A stretch of 64,000 nt of DNA from an uncultured Planctomycetia bacterium (GCA_964527765.1 CAZGQR010000001.1:25961-89960); one strand, 5' to 3'. Positions 30,017 to 40,796 are shown, counted from the stretch's first letter. The notes: generated by a model not told the origin, from the sequence alone. Numbers and translations: made by a program.

Positions 30017-30787
30017 TTATTTCCAGAAAAATATCCCGGTCATCCCGAGCAAAAGACAGTATATGCCGAAAATAAATAACCGTTTCTCTTTAATGACCCA
30101 CCACAAAAGGCGCAAGCTCAGGAGCCCGATAATGAACGCAACCCCCATACCGGCCGCATAGTTCACAAGATTACCCGAAACGATACTGGTTATATCCAGT
30201 GTAAGTGCCTTGTATATCGCGGCTCCTATAATAACGGGCACCGACAGCAAAAACGAAAATCTGAAAGCCTCTTCAGCCTTTATACCGCTAACGAGTCCGG
30301 TGGAAATCGTCACCCCGCTTCGTGATATCCCCGGGAGGAGGGCGAACGCCTGCGCTATCCCCACCAAAAGCGAAGTAAGAAGCGTCGGCCCCTTGCCGGG
30401 ACGTCTTTCTCTCCACAGGGCGAACTGCCCGGCAAAAAGCGCCAGCCCTGTCAGAATGAGCATGAGCGCCACTTTTCCGGGATCCACGAAAAATGTCGAT
30501 ATTTTTTTATCAAAAAACAGAGCCGCCAGGACCGCCGGTACGGTTCCTATGGCTATGTAAAAAAGCCATCCCAAATTCTTCTCTCGTATCAACGTGACAA
30601 TATCCCTGCCGAAATATAGTATAACCGCTGTCAGCGTCGCTACATGAAGGCATATGTCAAAAAAAATGCTTGGCTCGGTAAAGCCAAAAAACCTGTGAAC
30701 CAGAACGAGGTGGCCGGAACTGGAAACCGGCAAAAATTCCGTCAGGCCCTGCACGACACCAGATATCAAAGCTTCCGTTATCGTCAT
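30017..30787 (-). CDS. uppP: Undecaprenyl-diphosphatase
   Basis: 256-aa polytopic protein with the motifs GLTEFLPVSSSGHL and SRSG. Confidence 0.85.
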   Translation of the reverse strand: MTITEALISGVVQGLTEFLPVSSSGHLVLVHRFFGFTEPSIFFDICLHVATLTAVILYFGRDIVTLIREKNLGWLFYIAIGTVPAVLAALFFDKKISTFFVDPGKVALMLILTGLALFAGQFALWRERRPGKGPTLLTSLLVGIAQAFALLPGISRSGVTISTGLVSGIKAEEAFRFSFLLSVPVIIGAAIYKALTLDITSIVSGNLVNYAAGMGVAFIIGLLSLRLLWWVIKEKRLFIFGIYCLLLGMTGIFFWK

Positions 30788-30821
30788 CGCTATATTTAAG
30801 TCACAGAACTAAGGCCGTATC

Positions 30822-31271
30822 CTAAACACCGGTGTGCCCGAACCCGCCGTGCGCCCGCTCGGTCTCGCCGAGTTCTTCCTCTTCCTGGAATTCCGCACGG
30901 GTCACCTCGCGGATCACCATCTGAGCCAGTCTGTGCCCCCGTTTTACGACAAAATCATCTTTTCCGAGGTTGGTAACGATCAGGTTGACCAGCCCCCGGT
31001 AATCGCTGTCGATGGTCCCCGGGGTATTGACCAGCGTGATACCATGCTTTAGCGCCAACCCGCTCCTGGGCCTGGTCTGCGCCTCATATCCCTCCGGCAG
31101 CTCTATGTATATGCCGCATGATATCAGCTTTATTTCACCGGGGGAGATGACTACCTCATCATCCACGTCAGCATACAGATCCACGCCGCTGGAACCCGAT
31201 GTGGCATAAGCCGGAACCGGCAGGTCCCTGGCGCTCTCTTTACGTTTTATCTTTACCTTGATCTTTTTCAA
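30822..31271 (-). CDS. dut: dUTP diphosphatase
   Basis: 149 aa. The N-terminus MKKIKVKIK...[18 protein letters not shown] aligns with E. coli Dut. The start overlaps the pnp 3' end by about 32 nt. Confidence 0.85.
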   Translation of the reverse strand: MKKIKVKIKRKESARDLPVPAYATSGSSGVDLYADVDDEVVISPGEIKLISCGIYIELPEGYEAQTRPRSGLALKHGITLVNTPGTIDSDYRGLVNLIVTNLGKDDFVVKRGHRLAQMVIREVTRAEFQEEEELGETERAHGGFGHTGV

Positions 31272-33351
31272 CTTGTTTCATGCTGAGTTTAACGCGGTTC
31301 TGCTCGTCCACGCCTATGACCTTGACCTTAACCTTCTGTCCTTCCTTGACCACGCTGGAAACATCTTTCACGTACTGGTCTGCAAGTTCGGAAACATGGA
31401 TAAGACCTTCCTGGCCAGGCAGGAATTCGCAGAAAGCGCCGAAATTCATGATCTTTGTTATGCGCGCGTCATATACTTTGCCGACTTCGGGTTCGGCAAT
31501 GATCCCCTCGATCATTTCAACAGCTTTATCAAGGGAAGTTTTATCCGCCGAGGCGACCTGACAGGACCCGTCATCTTCTATGTTTATATCGGCTCCGGTC
31601 TCGGCTATTATCTTGCGTATTACCTTGCCGCCGGGGCCTATAACGTCTCTGATCTTATCCGGCTTAACCATCAATGTGACGATCCGCGGGGCGTTCGGAG
31701 CCACTTCTTTCAGGGGCTCGGCAATCGTCTTGCTCATATGGTCCAGGATTTCCAGCCGTGCTTTCTTGGCTCTTCCAAAAGCCTCCTCAAGGATATCATA
31801 ACCGATCCCCTTGACCTTCAAGTCCATTTGTACGGCTGTTATGCCATTTTTTGTTCCCGCGACCTTGAAATCCATATCCCCATGGTGGTCTTCCGCCCCT
31901 GCAATGTCGGTAAGGATCACGTGTTCAGCTCCCTCTTTCACCAGCCCTATCGCTATACCACTGATGGCATCCGTTATCGGCACACCGCTGCACATAAGAG
32001 ATAACGAGCTTGCGCAAACTGTTGCCATCGAACTGGAACCGTTGGACTCCAGGATCTCCGAAACGATCCTCACTGTATAAGGGAACTTTTCCCTCAAGGG
32101 AAGGACCGGTTTAAGCGCCTTCTCGGCAAGAGCTCCGTGCCCTATTTCCCTTCTGCCGGGCCCGCGCATAGGCTTAGTCTCACCAACGCTGAACGGCGGG
32201 AAATTGTAGTGAAGCATGAAAGTCTTAAAACCTTCTCCCGCGAGCGTCTCTATTCTCTGTTCATCCGCACTGGTCCCCAAAGTGGTCACGGCAAGAGCTT
32301 GTGTTTCCCCGCGCGTGAAAAGCGCTGATCCGTGCGTGCGAGGAAGCACGTTGATATCAGAATTTAGGGATCTTATCTCGTCAAATTTTCTTCCATCAAG
32401 ACGTTTTTTGCTTTTCAGGATAAAATCTCTGGCCAGTTCTTTTTCAAGCTTCGCCAACGCAAGTGTAACGTCCTGCTCCAGAGTCTCGCTGCTCTCAGGG
32501 CCTTCCTCCTCGATCAGCTGCTTTTTCAGATTCTCAAGACTCTCAGCGCGTTCATGTTTTCCGGAGAGCTGAAGGATCTTCAAGAGCTTATCTGACGCTT
32601 TCTCGCTGACCTTCCGGCGCATCTCCTCATTTACCTCGATAAATGTTATGTCCTCTCTCTTTGGCTTACCTGCCTTTTCGTGAAGCTGTTTCTGTATATC
32701 GATCAGCGCCTTAAGTGATCCGTGGGCAACTTTTATTCCTTCCATTACTTTTTCCTCACCGATCATATTGGCTCCGGCTTCCAGCATTACGACACTTTCT
32801 TCATTTGCCACAACAACAAGATCCAGTTTGCTTTCCTCCAACTCCTTGAATGTCGGGTTGACTACAAACTCGTCATTGACCAGTCCCACCCTCACGCCTC
32901 CGATAGGACCATTAAAGGGTATATCTGATATGGTGAGAGCCGCTGAAGCGCCGATAAGCGCTAAAATATCAGAATCATTTTTCCCGTCCGAAGACAAAAC
33001 CGTAGCCACGACCTGTACTTCATTCAACATCCCTTCCGGGAAAAGCGGCCTGATGGGCCTGTCTATCATTCTTGCGGTCAATATTTCCTTTTCAGTAGGA
33101 CGACCTTCCCTCTTAAAAAACCCGCCGGGGATCTTGCCCGCGGCGAAAGTCTTTTCCTGATACTCGACCGTCAAAGGGAAAAACCCCTGTTGCTCCCTGG
33201 GTTCCCGCGCGCACACACACGTCACCAGAACCATGGTTCCACCGCACTGGACCGTCACGGATCCGTCGGCCTGTTTTGCCAGTTTCCCGGTCTGGACTAT
33301 TAATTCTTCCTTACCAAGTTTAGCCTTGATCTCCTGCATTTCCATCATCAC
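31240..33351 (-). CDS. pnp: Polyribonucleotide nucleotidyltransferase (PNPase)
   Basis: 703 aa with two RNase PH domains plus KH and S1 domains. Confidence 0.95.
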   Translation of the reverse strand: MMMEMQEIKAKLGKEELIVQTGKLAKQADGSVTVQCGGTMVLVTCVCAREPREQQGFFPLTVEYQEKTFAAGKIPGGFFKREGRPTEKEILTARMIDRPIRPLFPEGMLNEVQVVATVLSSDGKNDSDILALIGASAALTISDIPFNGPIGGVRVGLVNDEFVVNPTFKELEESKLDLVVVANEESVVMLEAGANMIGEEKVMEGIKVAHGSLKALIDIQKQLHEKAGKPKREDITFIEVNEEMRRKVSEKASDKLLKILQLSGKHERAESLENLKKQLIEEEGPESSETLEQDVTLALAKLEKELARDFILKSKKRLDGRKFDEIRSLNSDINVLPRTHGSALFTRGETQALAVTTLGTSADEQRIETLAGEGFKTFMLHYNFPPFSVGETKPMRGPGRREIGHGALAEKALKPVLPLREKFPYTVRIVSEILESNGSSSMATVCASSLSLMCSGVPITDAISGIAIGLVKEGAEHVILTDIAGAEDHHGDMDFKVAGTKNGITAVQMDLKVKGIGYDILEEAFGRAKKARLEILDHMSKTIAEPLKEVAPNAPRIVTLMVKPDKIRDVIGPGGKVIRKIIAETGADINIEDDGSCQVASADKTSLDKAVEMIEGIIAEPEVGKVYDARITKIMNFGAFCEFLPGQEGLIHVSELADQYVKDVSSVVKEGQKVKVKVIGVDEQNRVKLSMKQVEKDQGKDKT

Positions 33352-33391
33352 CTTATCCTTCTAAAGTTGATTTATTGCTATAAACTGTTCA

Positions 33392-33661
33392 TTACTTTCT
33401 GAGCCCCAATTTCTTGATAAGCTCCGTATATTTGGCATTATCTGCCGATCTCAGATAACGAAGAAGCTTCCTCCTCTTGTTGACCAACATGAGGAGTCCT
33501 CTCCGGGAGTGATAATCCTTTTTGTGCTTTTTAAAGTGTTCCGTCAGACTGTTTATTCGCTCACTCAAAAGGGCTATTTGAACCTCCGGAGACCCCGTAT
33601 CCGAATCATGTTTCTTGAAATCCTTTATGACTTCCTGTTTTTTCTCTTTTACCGTAGACAT
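33392..33661 (-). CDS. rpsO: 30S ribosomal protein S15
   Basis: ORF track 33392..33691. The start is [57 protein letters not shown], the canonical S15 sequence. Confidence 0.9.
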   Translation of the reverse strand: MSTVKEKKQEVIKDFKKHDSDTGSPEVQIALLSERINSLTEHFKKHKKDYHSRRGLLMLVNKRRKLLRYLRSADNAKYTELIKKLGLRK

Positions 33662-33797
33662 CGTTTTCACCCCCTTTCCAAGAGGACACAACCCGCTAAT
33701 ATTTAATATCTTTACGGTTTATAATATTAGCACATAAATATATACTTGTAAACAGTATTAAGCAGCATGGGGTAAACCGGGCACGCTCTAAAATTGA

Positions 33798-33886
33798 GGG
33801 ACAGGTCTGAGATTGGTTTTGGGGACAGGTCTGAGATTGGTTTTGGGGACAGGTCTGAGATTGGTTTTGGGGACAGGTCTGGATTC
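33798..33886. repeat. Tandem direct repeat of the 24-bp unit GGGACAGGTCTGAGATTGGTTTTG, about 3.7 copies, between ribF and rpsO
   Basis: Three perfect head-to-tail copies plus a truncated, diverged fourth copy (GGGACAGGTCTGGATTC), read directly from the sequence. Confidence 0.9.
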
Positions 33887-33929
33887 AAAATTTTTTACGG
33901 TCTGGGTTCAATTTGAAAAACGTCCCTGA

Positions 33930-34904
33930 CTATATGTACTTGTATTTGCGGATCTTATGGAGGACCTTTTTACTGGCCAGGATTTTCTTCGCGTGTTCGG
34001 CATCCCTTCTTATCTGCTTCTTGAGCATCTCTTCGTTCCTGAATCTTTTTTCGTGTCTTAACCTTTTTATAAAAAATATTTCTACGGACCGGCCATATAA
34101 ATCACCCTTAAAACCGATCACGTGCGCCTCTATCTGAGGTTCCCTCCTCTTCTTCAGCCTTCTCCCATAAAAGGTCGGCTTGAAACCGATATTCAGTATT
34201 CCGTCGAACAGCTGCCCATCAATGTCAACCTTTACGGCGTAGACTCCGGGCGGGGGGATCACTTCCTGGTGCGGGTCGATGTTGGCGGTCGGAACGCCGA
34301 GGCCTTTCCCCCTGCTGTCACCGCCCACTACCGTGCCCAGAACCGACACCGGACGGCGCAACAGTTTCTCTGCCTTTTCGATCTTGCCGGACGATATAAG
34401 CTTGCGCAGCCATGTGCTGCTTATAACCCTGCCTCTCTTTTTGACGGCTTTGACCGTCCTGACGTCTATTCCGCAGTCCCTGCCTATTCTCTCAAACGTT
34501 TCCACGTTCCCGCTTTTTCCCCGTCCGAAATGAAAATTGCTGCCGACATAGACCTTCCTGGCGCCTATCCCTCCCAGGACCCGCCTGATAAAATCTTCCG
34601 GCGTCATTGCGGCGACGAAATCAGTAAACCGTATTATGACCGCCGCGTCCAATCCCATTTTTCTTAAGATATACAGGCGGTGTTCCAGCGACATGATCCT
34701 GGGAGATGTTTTTTGGGGCCGCAGAACAGTTCGAGGGTGGGGGTCAAAAGTCACAACTACTTTGTCCCTGCCGGGTTCCTGCAGATTCAGGATCTTCTTA
34801 ATAACGCGTTTGTGCCCGATATGTATACCGTCAAATATGCCGATAGCGACTATCGGGTCCCTGAGTTTTTCACTCAGGTTCCTATACCCGTATAATATTT
34901 TCAT
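33930..34904 (-). CDS. ribF: Bifunctional riboflavin kinase / FMN adenylyltransferase
   Basis: 324 aa with the N-terminal FAD synthetase motifs (GIFDGIHIGHKRVI) and a C-terminal flavokinase domain. Confidence 0.9.
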   Translation of the reverse strand: MKILYGYRNLSEKLRDPIVAIGIFDGIHIGHKRVIKKILNLQEPGRDKVVVTFDPHPRTVLRPQKTSPRIMSLEHRLYILRKMGLDAAVIIRFTDFVAAMTPEDFIRRVLGGIGARKVYVGSNFHFGRGKSGNVETFERIGRDCGIDVRTVKAVKKRGRVISSTWLRKLISSGKIEKAEKLLRRPVSVLGTVVGGDSRGKGLGVPTANIDPHQEVIPPPGVYAVKVDIDGQLFDGILNIGFKPTFYGRRLKKRREPQIEAHVIGFKGDLYGRSVEIFFIKRLRHEKRFRNEEMLKKQIRRDAEHAKKILASKKVLHKIRKYKYI

Positions 34905-35568
34905 CCAGCATCTTCCTGTCCATATCCAACAGAGCCGGAAAAGAGACCGCGCGTTCCAGCGAAAAAGAGCCTGACCTTGTGCGCCTCAATTCCGTCAGGT
35001 GGGCGCCGCATCCTAACCTTTCACCGATATCCTCCGCCAGCCGCCTGATATATGCTCCCTTGCTGCAAACCGTCCGGAACGTGACAAAAGGCAGATCTAT
35101 CTTCATCACGTCTATCTCTTTTATAACGATCGTCTGCGGCTTTCTTTCTATCTCTATCCCCTTCCGCGCGAGTTCGTACAAGCGCTTTCCACCCACCCGC
35201 TTAGCCGAGACCATCGGCGGAAGCTGTTCCATCTCGCCGACAAATCCGGCCATGGTGTCTTTTATTTCACGTTCCGAAGAACGCACCTTCCTGGTCAAGA
35301 TCAGATTCCCGTCACGATCAGCACTATCGGTCTTCTCTCCGAGTTTCATGGTAGCTATGTATTCCTTGTCTTCGTTCGAAAAAGTGCCGGAAAGTTTCGT
35401 GGCTTTTCCCAGCAAAAGAACAAGCACCCCGGTGGCGTTGGGGTCAAGCGTTCCGGCATGCCCTACTTTTCTAATGCCGAACTTTCTCCGGACCAGATCG
35501 ACAACATCGTGGCTGGTCATGTTTTTTTTCTTGTCAACGACCAGTATCCCCAAGGGGTCTTCTTTCAC
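34882..35568 (-). CDS. truB: tRNA pseudouridine(55) synthase
   Basis: 228 aa with the motifs GILVVDKKKNMTSHDVV and GHAGTLDPNATGVLVLLLGKATK. Confidence 0.9.
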   Translation of the reverse strand: MKEDPLGILVVDKKKNMTSHDVVDLVRRKFGIRKVGHAGTLDPNATGVLVLLLGKATKLSGTFSNEDKEYIATMKLGEKTDSADRDGNLILTRKVRSSEREIKDTMAGFVGEMEQLPPMVSAKRVGGKRLYELARKGIEIERKPQTIVIKEIDVMKIDLPFVTFRTVCSKGAYIRRLAEDIGERLGCGAHLTELRRTRSGSFSLERAVSFPALLDMDRKMLDENIIRV

Positions 35569-36554
35569 GACTGTTCGGCCTCCCTGATGGCCTTTCTTGC
35601 CTCGGCCAGCACCTTATCCTGCGCTTCCGCAAGCCCGCAATTAAGGACACAACCGGCAGCCTGCTCGTGCCCACCGCCGCCGAAACGAGACGCCACGCCA
35701 TTCACGTCCACCTTTCCCGCGGAACGAAAATTAACATTGACCTTATCTTGGACATCGGCGTCCTCCTTAAAGAACACGGCCACCTCAACACCTCTAATGG
35801 AACGGGGGAAGTTTATGAACTCGTCCGTAGAAATGTCCTCGACTCCTTCTTCCCTGCGCATCTCCCTGGTAAGGACCATATACGCCAAGGCACCGTTCTC
35901 TTCGACCTTAAGCGTGGTCAATGTTTTACCAAGCAGCCTTATTTCGGAAACGGACTTCTTTTCGAATATCTCGCGGCGTACCACCTTCGGTTTTACGCCC
36001 GCGGATATAAGCTTCCCCGCGATCCTGTGCGTTTCCGGAGAAGTGTTATCATAGTTGAACATGCCGGTATCGGTCACGATGGCCGTATAAATGGCTGTCG
36101 CCAGGTCTTTTTTCATTCCAAGCCCCAGCTTTTCAATCAGATGAAAGACCATCTCCCCCACCGAACTGGCTTCGGGTTCGACCCAGTTGACATCCCCGAA
36201 AGACTCATTGCTTACATGATGGTCGATGTTCACTATGAACTGTTCCTTGTCCATACTTTCAAAGATCTTCCCGGCCCTTTCCGCGACCGGGCAATCCAGG
36301 ATCACGACGGCGTCCGGCCGAAATCCTTCAGGAACCCCGGGCTTGATCAGCCCGGCACCCGGCAGGAACTTCAGATTATCCGGCACATCGTCATGGTTCG
36401 CTATGACGGCATCCTTCCCCATCCCTTTGAGTATATGATGAACGGCGATCTGGCTGCCGATCGAATCGCCTTCGGGATCGACATGAGCGGTTATCAAAAA
36501 ATTATCTCGCTTTTTAAATACCTCTATTACCTTTTCCATGTTTTTGCTGTCCAT
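35565..36554 (-). CDS. nrnA: DHH-family phosphoesterase (NrnA-like bifunctional oligoribonuclease/pAp phosphatase)
   Basis: 329 aa with DHH (HVDPEGDSIGS, DHH) and DHHA1 (GGGH) motifs. Confidence 0.75.
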   Translation of the reverse strand: MDSKNMEKVIEVFKKRDNFLITAHVDPEGDSIGSQIAVHHILKGMGKDAVIANHDDVPDNLKFLPGAGLIKPGVPEGFRPDAVVILDCPVAERAGKIFESMDKEQFIVNIDHHVSNESFGDVNWVEPEASSVGEMVFHLIEKLGLGMKKDLATAIYTAIVTDTGMFNYDNTSPETHRIAGKLISAGVKPKVVRREIFEKKSVSEIRLLGKTLTTLKVEENGALAYMVLTREMRREEGVEDISTDEFINFPRSIRGVEVAVFFKEDADVQDKVNVNFRSAGKVDVNGVASRFGGGGHEQAAGCVLNCGLAEAQDKVLAEARKAIREAEQS

Positions 36555-36575
36555 CGCACATGTCCTTTCCCGTTA

Positions 36576-36935
36576 TCACTCTGTCGTTTCCCGATGTTCT
36601 TTCTTTATTTTCTCAAAAATGTTATCAATGGACTCTTCCCTTTTTTTAACCACATCTTCCCTGAATGATATCCGCGGAGTGAATTTCATGGAGATCCTCC
36701 CGGCAAGCTCGCTCCTGATGAAACTGCTGGCGCTCTTTAATCCTTTCATGATGTCTTTTTTTTCGTTTTCGTCGGCGGACACCAGACAAAAAACCTTGGC
36801 CAGCCTGAGATCCCTGGTCACTTCCACTCGAGTAATGGTCACATGCCTGACCCTGGGGTCGTTGATCTCATCCTGGATGATAACAGAGATCTCTCTTTTT
36901 ATCATCTCCGCTACTCTGTCTATCCTATCGATCAT
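36576..36935 (-). CDS. rbfA: Ribosome-binding factor A
   Basis: 119 aa with RbfA signatures (RVAEMIKREIS...VTITRVEVTRDLRLAKVF). Confidence 0.9.
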   Translation of the reverse strand: MIDRIDRVAEMIKREISVIIQDEINDPRVRHVTITRVEVTRDLRLAKVFCLVSADENEKKDIMKGLKSASSFIRSELAGRISMKFTPRISFREDVVKKREESIDNIFEKIKKEHRETTE

Positions 36936-36972
36936 ATTCTAATCCTTAATGCGTGATGTCCGGACCCTTTCG

Positions 36973-37254
36973 CTACAATATCTCAGTCGCATGGTCCAGC
37001 ACCATGATCTTGCTCTCTTTCTCGATAAAGTCCACTATATTGTCAAGGTATCCGGAAAGATGCTTTTTGTCATTCGAGACGGCGGCTATGGCCAGCGTCG
37101 CCTTCTGCCATTTATCCATATCATCGACCTCGGCGATCGAGACATTGAATCGATTTTTTATGCGGTCCTTCAGCCTCCTGAGAACTCTTCTCTTGTCCTT
37201 GAGCGAACCGCTGTCATTAAGAAGAAGGTCGATGCTCAACACGCCCACGTTCAT
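36973..37254 (-). CDS. DUF503-family protein (YlxP-like)
   Basis: 93-aa small protein upstream of rbfA, in the usual nusA/infB-operon position of YlxP. Confidence 0.55.
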   Translation of the reverse strand: MNVGVLSIDLLLNDSGSLKDKRRVLRRLKDRIKNRFNVSIAEVDDMDKWQKATLAIAAVSNDKKHLSGYLDNIVDFIEKESKIMVLDHATEIL

Positions 37255-37255
37255 A

Positions 37256-39907
37256 TTATTTCCTCTTGGCGATCAGTTCCCTCATATACCGGATCTCGTC
37301 CTTTTTCGTGAGAAGTTTTCCGTCGAGCTTTCCGTAAAGGACCTGGCGGAGGATCTCTTTGTATCCCGGACCGGGGACGATCCCCTCTTTCTTTATGTCA
37401 TGTCCCCTGATCCTGAGCTTGACCCCGTTATAATCCGTGAAGAACTTCTTTATGCGCCTGCGCGCTACAACGGATCTTGCCTTCGTCATGACATAGAGCG
37501 TAACTTCATGGGAAAGGGGCTCCAGAAGATCGTATACCCCGCTTGGCAGTATCTTCTTCCTGGAGGAAAGCTTTCTGATCGCCTTTTCTGCCCATTTCTT
37601 GCACGACAGGAGCCGCATGCTCGCGTTCCTGGTAAAGACGAACTTTTCAAGGACCTCCTCAACCTGTTCTGCCGTAAGTTTCTCCAGTATCACCATAAAA
37701 TTCATCAGCCATACATCCAGGTGTCTTTTCCCGACAGCCGCCGATTCATACCACCGGATACACTTTCTTAATTCCGCGAACGTACTTTTTATCGATCTCT
37801 TTAATGAAAGATCGGGGTGTATGAACCGCAGCTCATGAAGTTCTCTCATCCTGAAAACGGCGTTTTCAGGATTCTTCTCCTTCAATATCAGTATAAGTTC
37901 GTCCCGTATCCTCTGGTTTTCCGTTCTACGGAACATTTCCTGTTTTACCGCGTGTTTAATAAGATATTCCGTGTGCTTTTCGATCCCGAAACCGAACCTT
38001 TGTTCGAATCTTACCGCCCTGAAAATGCGCGTCGGGTCGTCAATGAAACTGTTGTCGTGCAGTATCCTTATGGTCTTCTTTTCCAGGTCTTTTGTCCCGC
38101 CGAAAAAATCTATGAACAGACCGAAATTTTTCTTATTGACGCTTACCGCCATCGCGTTTATTGTAAAATCCCGGCGATAAAGGTCCTCTTTCAGTGAGCT
38201 GAACTTCACCCTGGGCAATGCCGCGGGAGCTTCGTACGCTTCCTTTCTGGCGCTGGCCACGTCTATCTTGAACTTATTGTCCGGATGGAGGGACGGACCG
38301 AGCCACCGGGGCCATTCTTTTACCAGCGTCGCAGTGCCGAATTTTCGATGCACGACAAGCGAGGCTTTCATCTTATCCGCGAGTATCTTCCCGAACCGCA
38401 TGGCGTCGCCTTCGACCACGATGTCCAGGTCATAATTCTTCTCGCCGAGCATGAGATCCCGCACAAAACCTCCGACAAGAAACACATTCACTTCCAGCGC
38501 GTCCCCTTCGGCGCCGATAGATCTTATCAGCTCGATAAGTTTTTTCGGCAACACCTCATTCATCTTCGCGGAAACATTCGACAGTTTGACAAGTTTTCCC
38601 GGCCCCCCCGAAAAAAACGAACTGTGGACTTTTTTCAGCACATCGGTCCTGGTGACTATGCCGACCAGTTTGCCGCCGGAGATCACGGGTATGCGGCCTT
38701 TGCCTTTTTCCAAAAGTATCCTTTTCATGCTATACAGCGGCGCTTCGGGAGTAACCGTTATCAGCGGAGTCGACATATACCCTTTCACCCGGGAATGCCC
38801 CATATCGTGTCTCATCGCCTTCTTAAGATCTCCCATCGTTACCATGCCGACCGGTTCGGCCGCTTCATTGAGAACCGGGACGCCTTTATAACCGAGGCGT
38901 TCGAGTTTTTCCAGTACCTCGCTTACCTTTTCCTCCTGTGAAACGGTCCTTACCGGAAATGACATTATATCCTTCGCGTACACCTCCGGCCGGACTATCT
39001 CCTCCAGTAGCCGCAGTATCTCGGACTTGATATGTTCCGGCGACTCACCCTGTATCTTGGCGCTGGCCGCACTGGAATGCCCGGCTCCGTTAAAATGGCC
39101 GAGCAGCTTGTTGACGTCAATGAGTTCCAGCCGGCTCCTGGCCAGGATCTTCACCTTTCCCTTGGCCTCGAACATGGCAAAAAGGACGGGAAAATTTTCC
39201 ACGTCCTGCAGCTTGTGCACGACCGTCCCCATCTCCCCGTCGAGACGGCTGGCATCGATATGTGAAAACGCGATATCTATGCCGTTCACATTGATGACCT
39301 TTATCGATTCCAGGAGATTTATCAGCGCCGAGAGTTCGCTCTCGGAAAGTTCCCGGTTCAGGTACGATGAAACGGCGTTCAGGCTGGCTCCCTGTTCCAG
39401 GAGCAAGCTGACCATGTCAACATCAAGTTTGGTGGTGGCTGAATACGAAAGAAAGCCGGTCTCTTCATATATCCCCAAAAGCATCAGAGTGGCTTCCAGC
39501 GGCGTCAAGGGCAATTTGCCCCTCTTCGACAGTATCTCCAGGATAATGGAGACCGTAGCCCCTACTTCCTTGAACACGTCCTTGTCCGCTTTTATGTCAA
39601 ACCTGGTCCTCGGATGATGATCATATATGTGGACCTTCAGACCCCTTTTCGTCAAGAGGTTCGCCGCATCCCCTATGCGGGACCTGTGGCGGTTATCCAC
39701 AATGATGAGCCGTGTCACGTCATCCATGCGGCATGTCTTTTCGTCCTCTATCTTTATCTCATCCTTGATAAGTGAAAGAAAGTTCCGCACGGCTTTCTCC
39801 TGAGACCCGGGAAGCAAAAGACGCGCTTTGGGATAAAGCTTACTGGCCGCCACCAGGGAGCCCAGCGCGTCAAAATCGGCGTTCTTGTGGGTGGTTATCA
39901 GATCCAT
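37256..39907 (-). CDS. cca: Multidomain tRNA nucleotidyltransferase (CCA-adding / poly(A) polymerase family) with N-terminal DHH-DHHA1 and tandem CBS domains
   Basis: ORF track 37256..40060. The likely start is MDLITTHKNADFDALGS (the DHH motif) at 39907, 4 nt after the xerD stop. The order is DHH/DHHA1, a CBS pair, then the nucleotidyltransferase head (GGFVRDLMLG...DLDIVV...RDFTINAM) and an HD-like C-terminal tail. Confidence 0.8.
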   Translation of the reverse strand: MDLITTHKNADFDALGSLVAASKLYPKARLLLPGSQEKAVRNFLSLIKDEIKIEDEKTCRMDDVTRLIIVDNRHRSRIGDAANLLTKRGLKVHIYDHHPRTRFDIKADKDVFKEVGATVSIILEILSKRGKLPLTPLEATLMLLGIYEETGFLSYSATTKLDVDMVSLLLEQGASLNAVSSYLNRELSESELSALINLLESIKVINVNGIDIAFSHIDASRLDGEMGTVVHKLQDVENFPVLFAMFEAKGKVKILARSRLELIDVNKLLGHFNGAGHSSAASAKIQGESPEHIKSEILRLLEEIVRPEVYAKDIMSFPVRTVSQEEKVSEVLEKLERLGYKGVPVLNEAAEPVGMVTMGDLKKAMRHDMGHSRVKGYMSTPLITVTPEAPLYSMKRILLEKGKGRIPVISGGKLVGIVTRTDVLKKVHSSFFSGGPGKLVKLSNVSAKMNEVLPKKLIELIRSIGAEGDALEVNVFLVGGFVRDLMLGEKNYDLDIVVEGDAMRFGKILADKMKASLVVHRKFGTATLVKEWPRWLGPSLHPDNKFKIDVASARKEAYEAPAALPRVKFSSLKEDLYRRDFTINAMAVSVNKKNFGLFIDFFGGTKDLEKKTIRILHDNSFIDDPTRIFRAVRFEQRFGFGIEKHTEYLIKHAVKQEMFRRTENQRIRDELILILKEKNPENAVFRMRELHELRFIHPDLSLKRSIKSTFAELRKCIRWYESAAVGKRHLDVWLMNFMVILEKLTAEQVEEVLEKFVFTRNASMRLLSCKKWAEKAIRKLSSRKKILPSGVYDLLEPLSHEVTLYVMTKARSVVARRRIKKFFTDYNGVKLRIRGHDIKKEGIVPGPGYKEILRQVLYGKLDGKLLTKKDEIRYMRELIAKRK

Positions 39908-39911
39908 GTCT

Positions 39912-40796
39912 TTATGCTCTCGGGTGGAATCGTTCGTGAACCTTTTTAAGCTTATCCTTATCGACATGCGTGTAAATCTGGGTGGTCGAAATGTCGGCAT
40001 GGCCGAGCATTTCCTGGACCCCTCTGAGCTCCGCTCCTCCTTCCAGAAGATGCGTGGCAAAGGAATGTCTGAGGGTGTGAGGAGTAATGTGCTTTTTAAT
40101 GCCGCTTTTCCTTGCGTACTTCTGCATCATCTTCCATAAACTCTGGCGGGAAAGTTTCTTGCCCAATCTGGACAGAAAAAGATGGTCATCCTGGCTCTTT
40201 TTGCACAATTTATGCCTGACATCCTCCAGATATTTTAGAATGGCCTGTTCCGCGACCTTCCCCAGCGGCACTATCCTTTCCTTTCCGCCCTTGCCGGAAC
40301 ACTTCACGAAATCCGCTTCCAGGTTTACGCTTGTCTTCTTCAGATCCTTTACTTCCGATACGCGCAGGCCCGTGGCATACATCAGTTCCAATATGGCCCT
40401 GTCCCGTATGCCCATCCACCCTTTCTTCGGGGGCGCGTCAAGGAGCTTCTCGACTTCTTTTTTATTCAGCACGTCCGGTATGGTCTTCCATGTCTTCGGT
40501 GTTTCAATGATACCGGCGGCATTCTCGCGGATGATCTGTTCCGACGCCAGAAACTTCCAAAAAGTCTTTATCGCCGCTAGATTCCTGGCGATCGTGGAAG
40601 CGGAAAGTTCCCGGTCCTTGAGCTGCATAAGAAAACCGACTATATCTTCCCTTGTCACGGCCGGAACATCCTTACCCTTTTTACGGATATAGCCTGCGAA
40701 TTTTTCCAGGTCCCCCCTGTAGGACTGTATGGTGTTGTGGCTGACGCCGCGTTCGACTTCCAGAAAATATATAAAATTATCGATGTGCTCTTTCAT
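39912..40796 (-). CDS. xerD: Tyrosine site-specific recombinase XerD/XerC
   Basis: 294 aa with an N-terminal SAM-like domain (YRGDLEKF) and the catalytic R..K..HxxR..Y residues (RHSFATHLL...GHADISTTQIYTHV). Confidence 0.85.
   Translation of the reverse strand: MKEHIDNFIYFLEVERGVSHNTIQSYRGDLEKFAGYIRKKGKDVPAVTREDIVGFLMQLKDRELSASTIARNLAAIKTFWKFLASEQIIRENAAGIIETPKTWKTIPDVLNKKEVEKLLDAPPKKGWMGIRDRAILELMYATGLRVSEVKDLKKTSVNLEADFVKCSGKGGKERIVPLGKVAEQAILKYLEDVRHKLCKKSQDDHLFLSRLGKKLSRQSLWKMMQKYARKSGIKKHITPHTLRHSFATHLLEGGAELRGVQEMLGHADISTTQIYTHVDKDKLKKVHERFHPRA

Noticed and set aside
35667-37771. Plus-strand ORFs of 333 aa and 272 aa antisense to nrnA, rbfA and the CCA-enzyme gene
   Set aside because: They overlap well-supported genes on the opposite strand and the translations look random.
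39912-40796. XerD-like recombinase as a marker of an integron or integrative element
   Set aside because: It has the full XerC/D architecture and sits in a housekeeping context (cca, MBL hydrolase). There are no attI/attC-like repeats, cassettes or flanking mobile genes.
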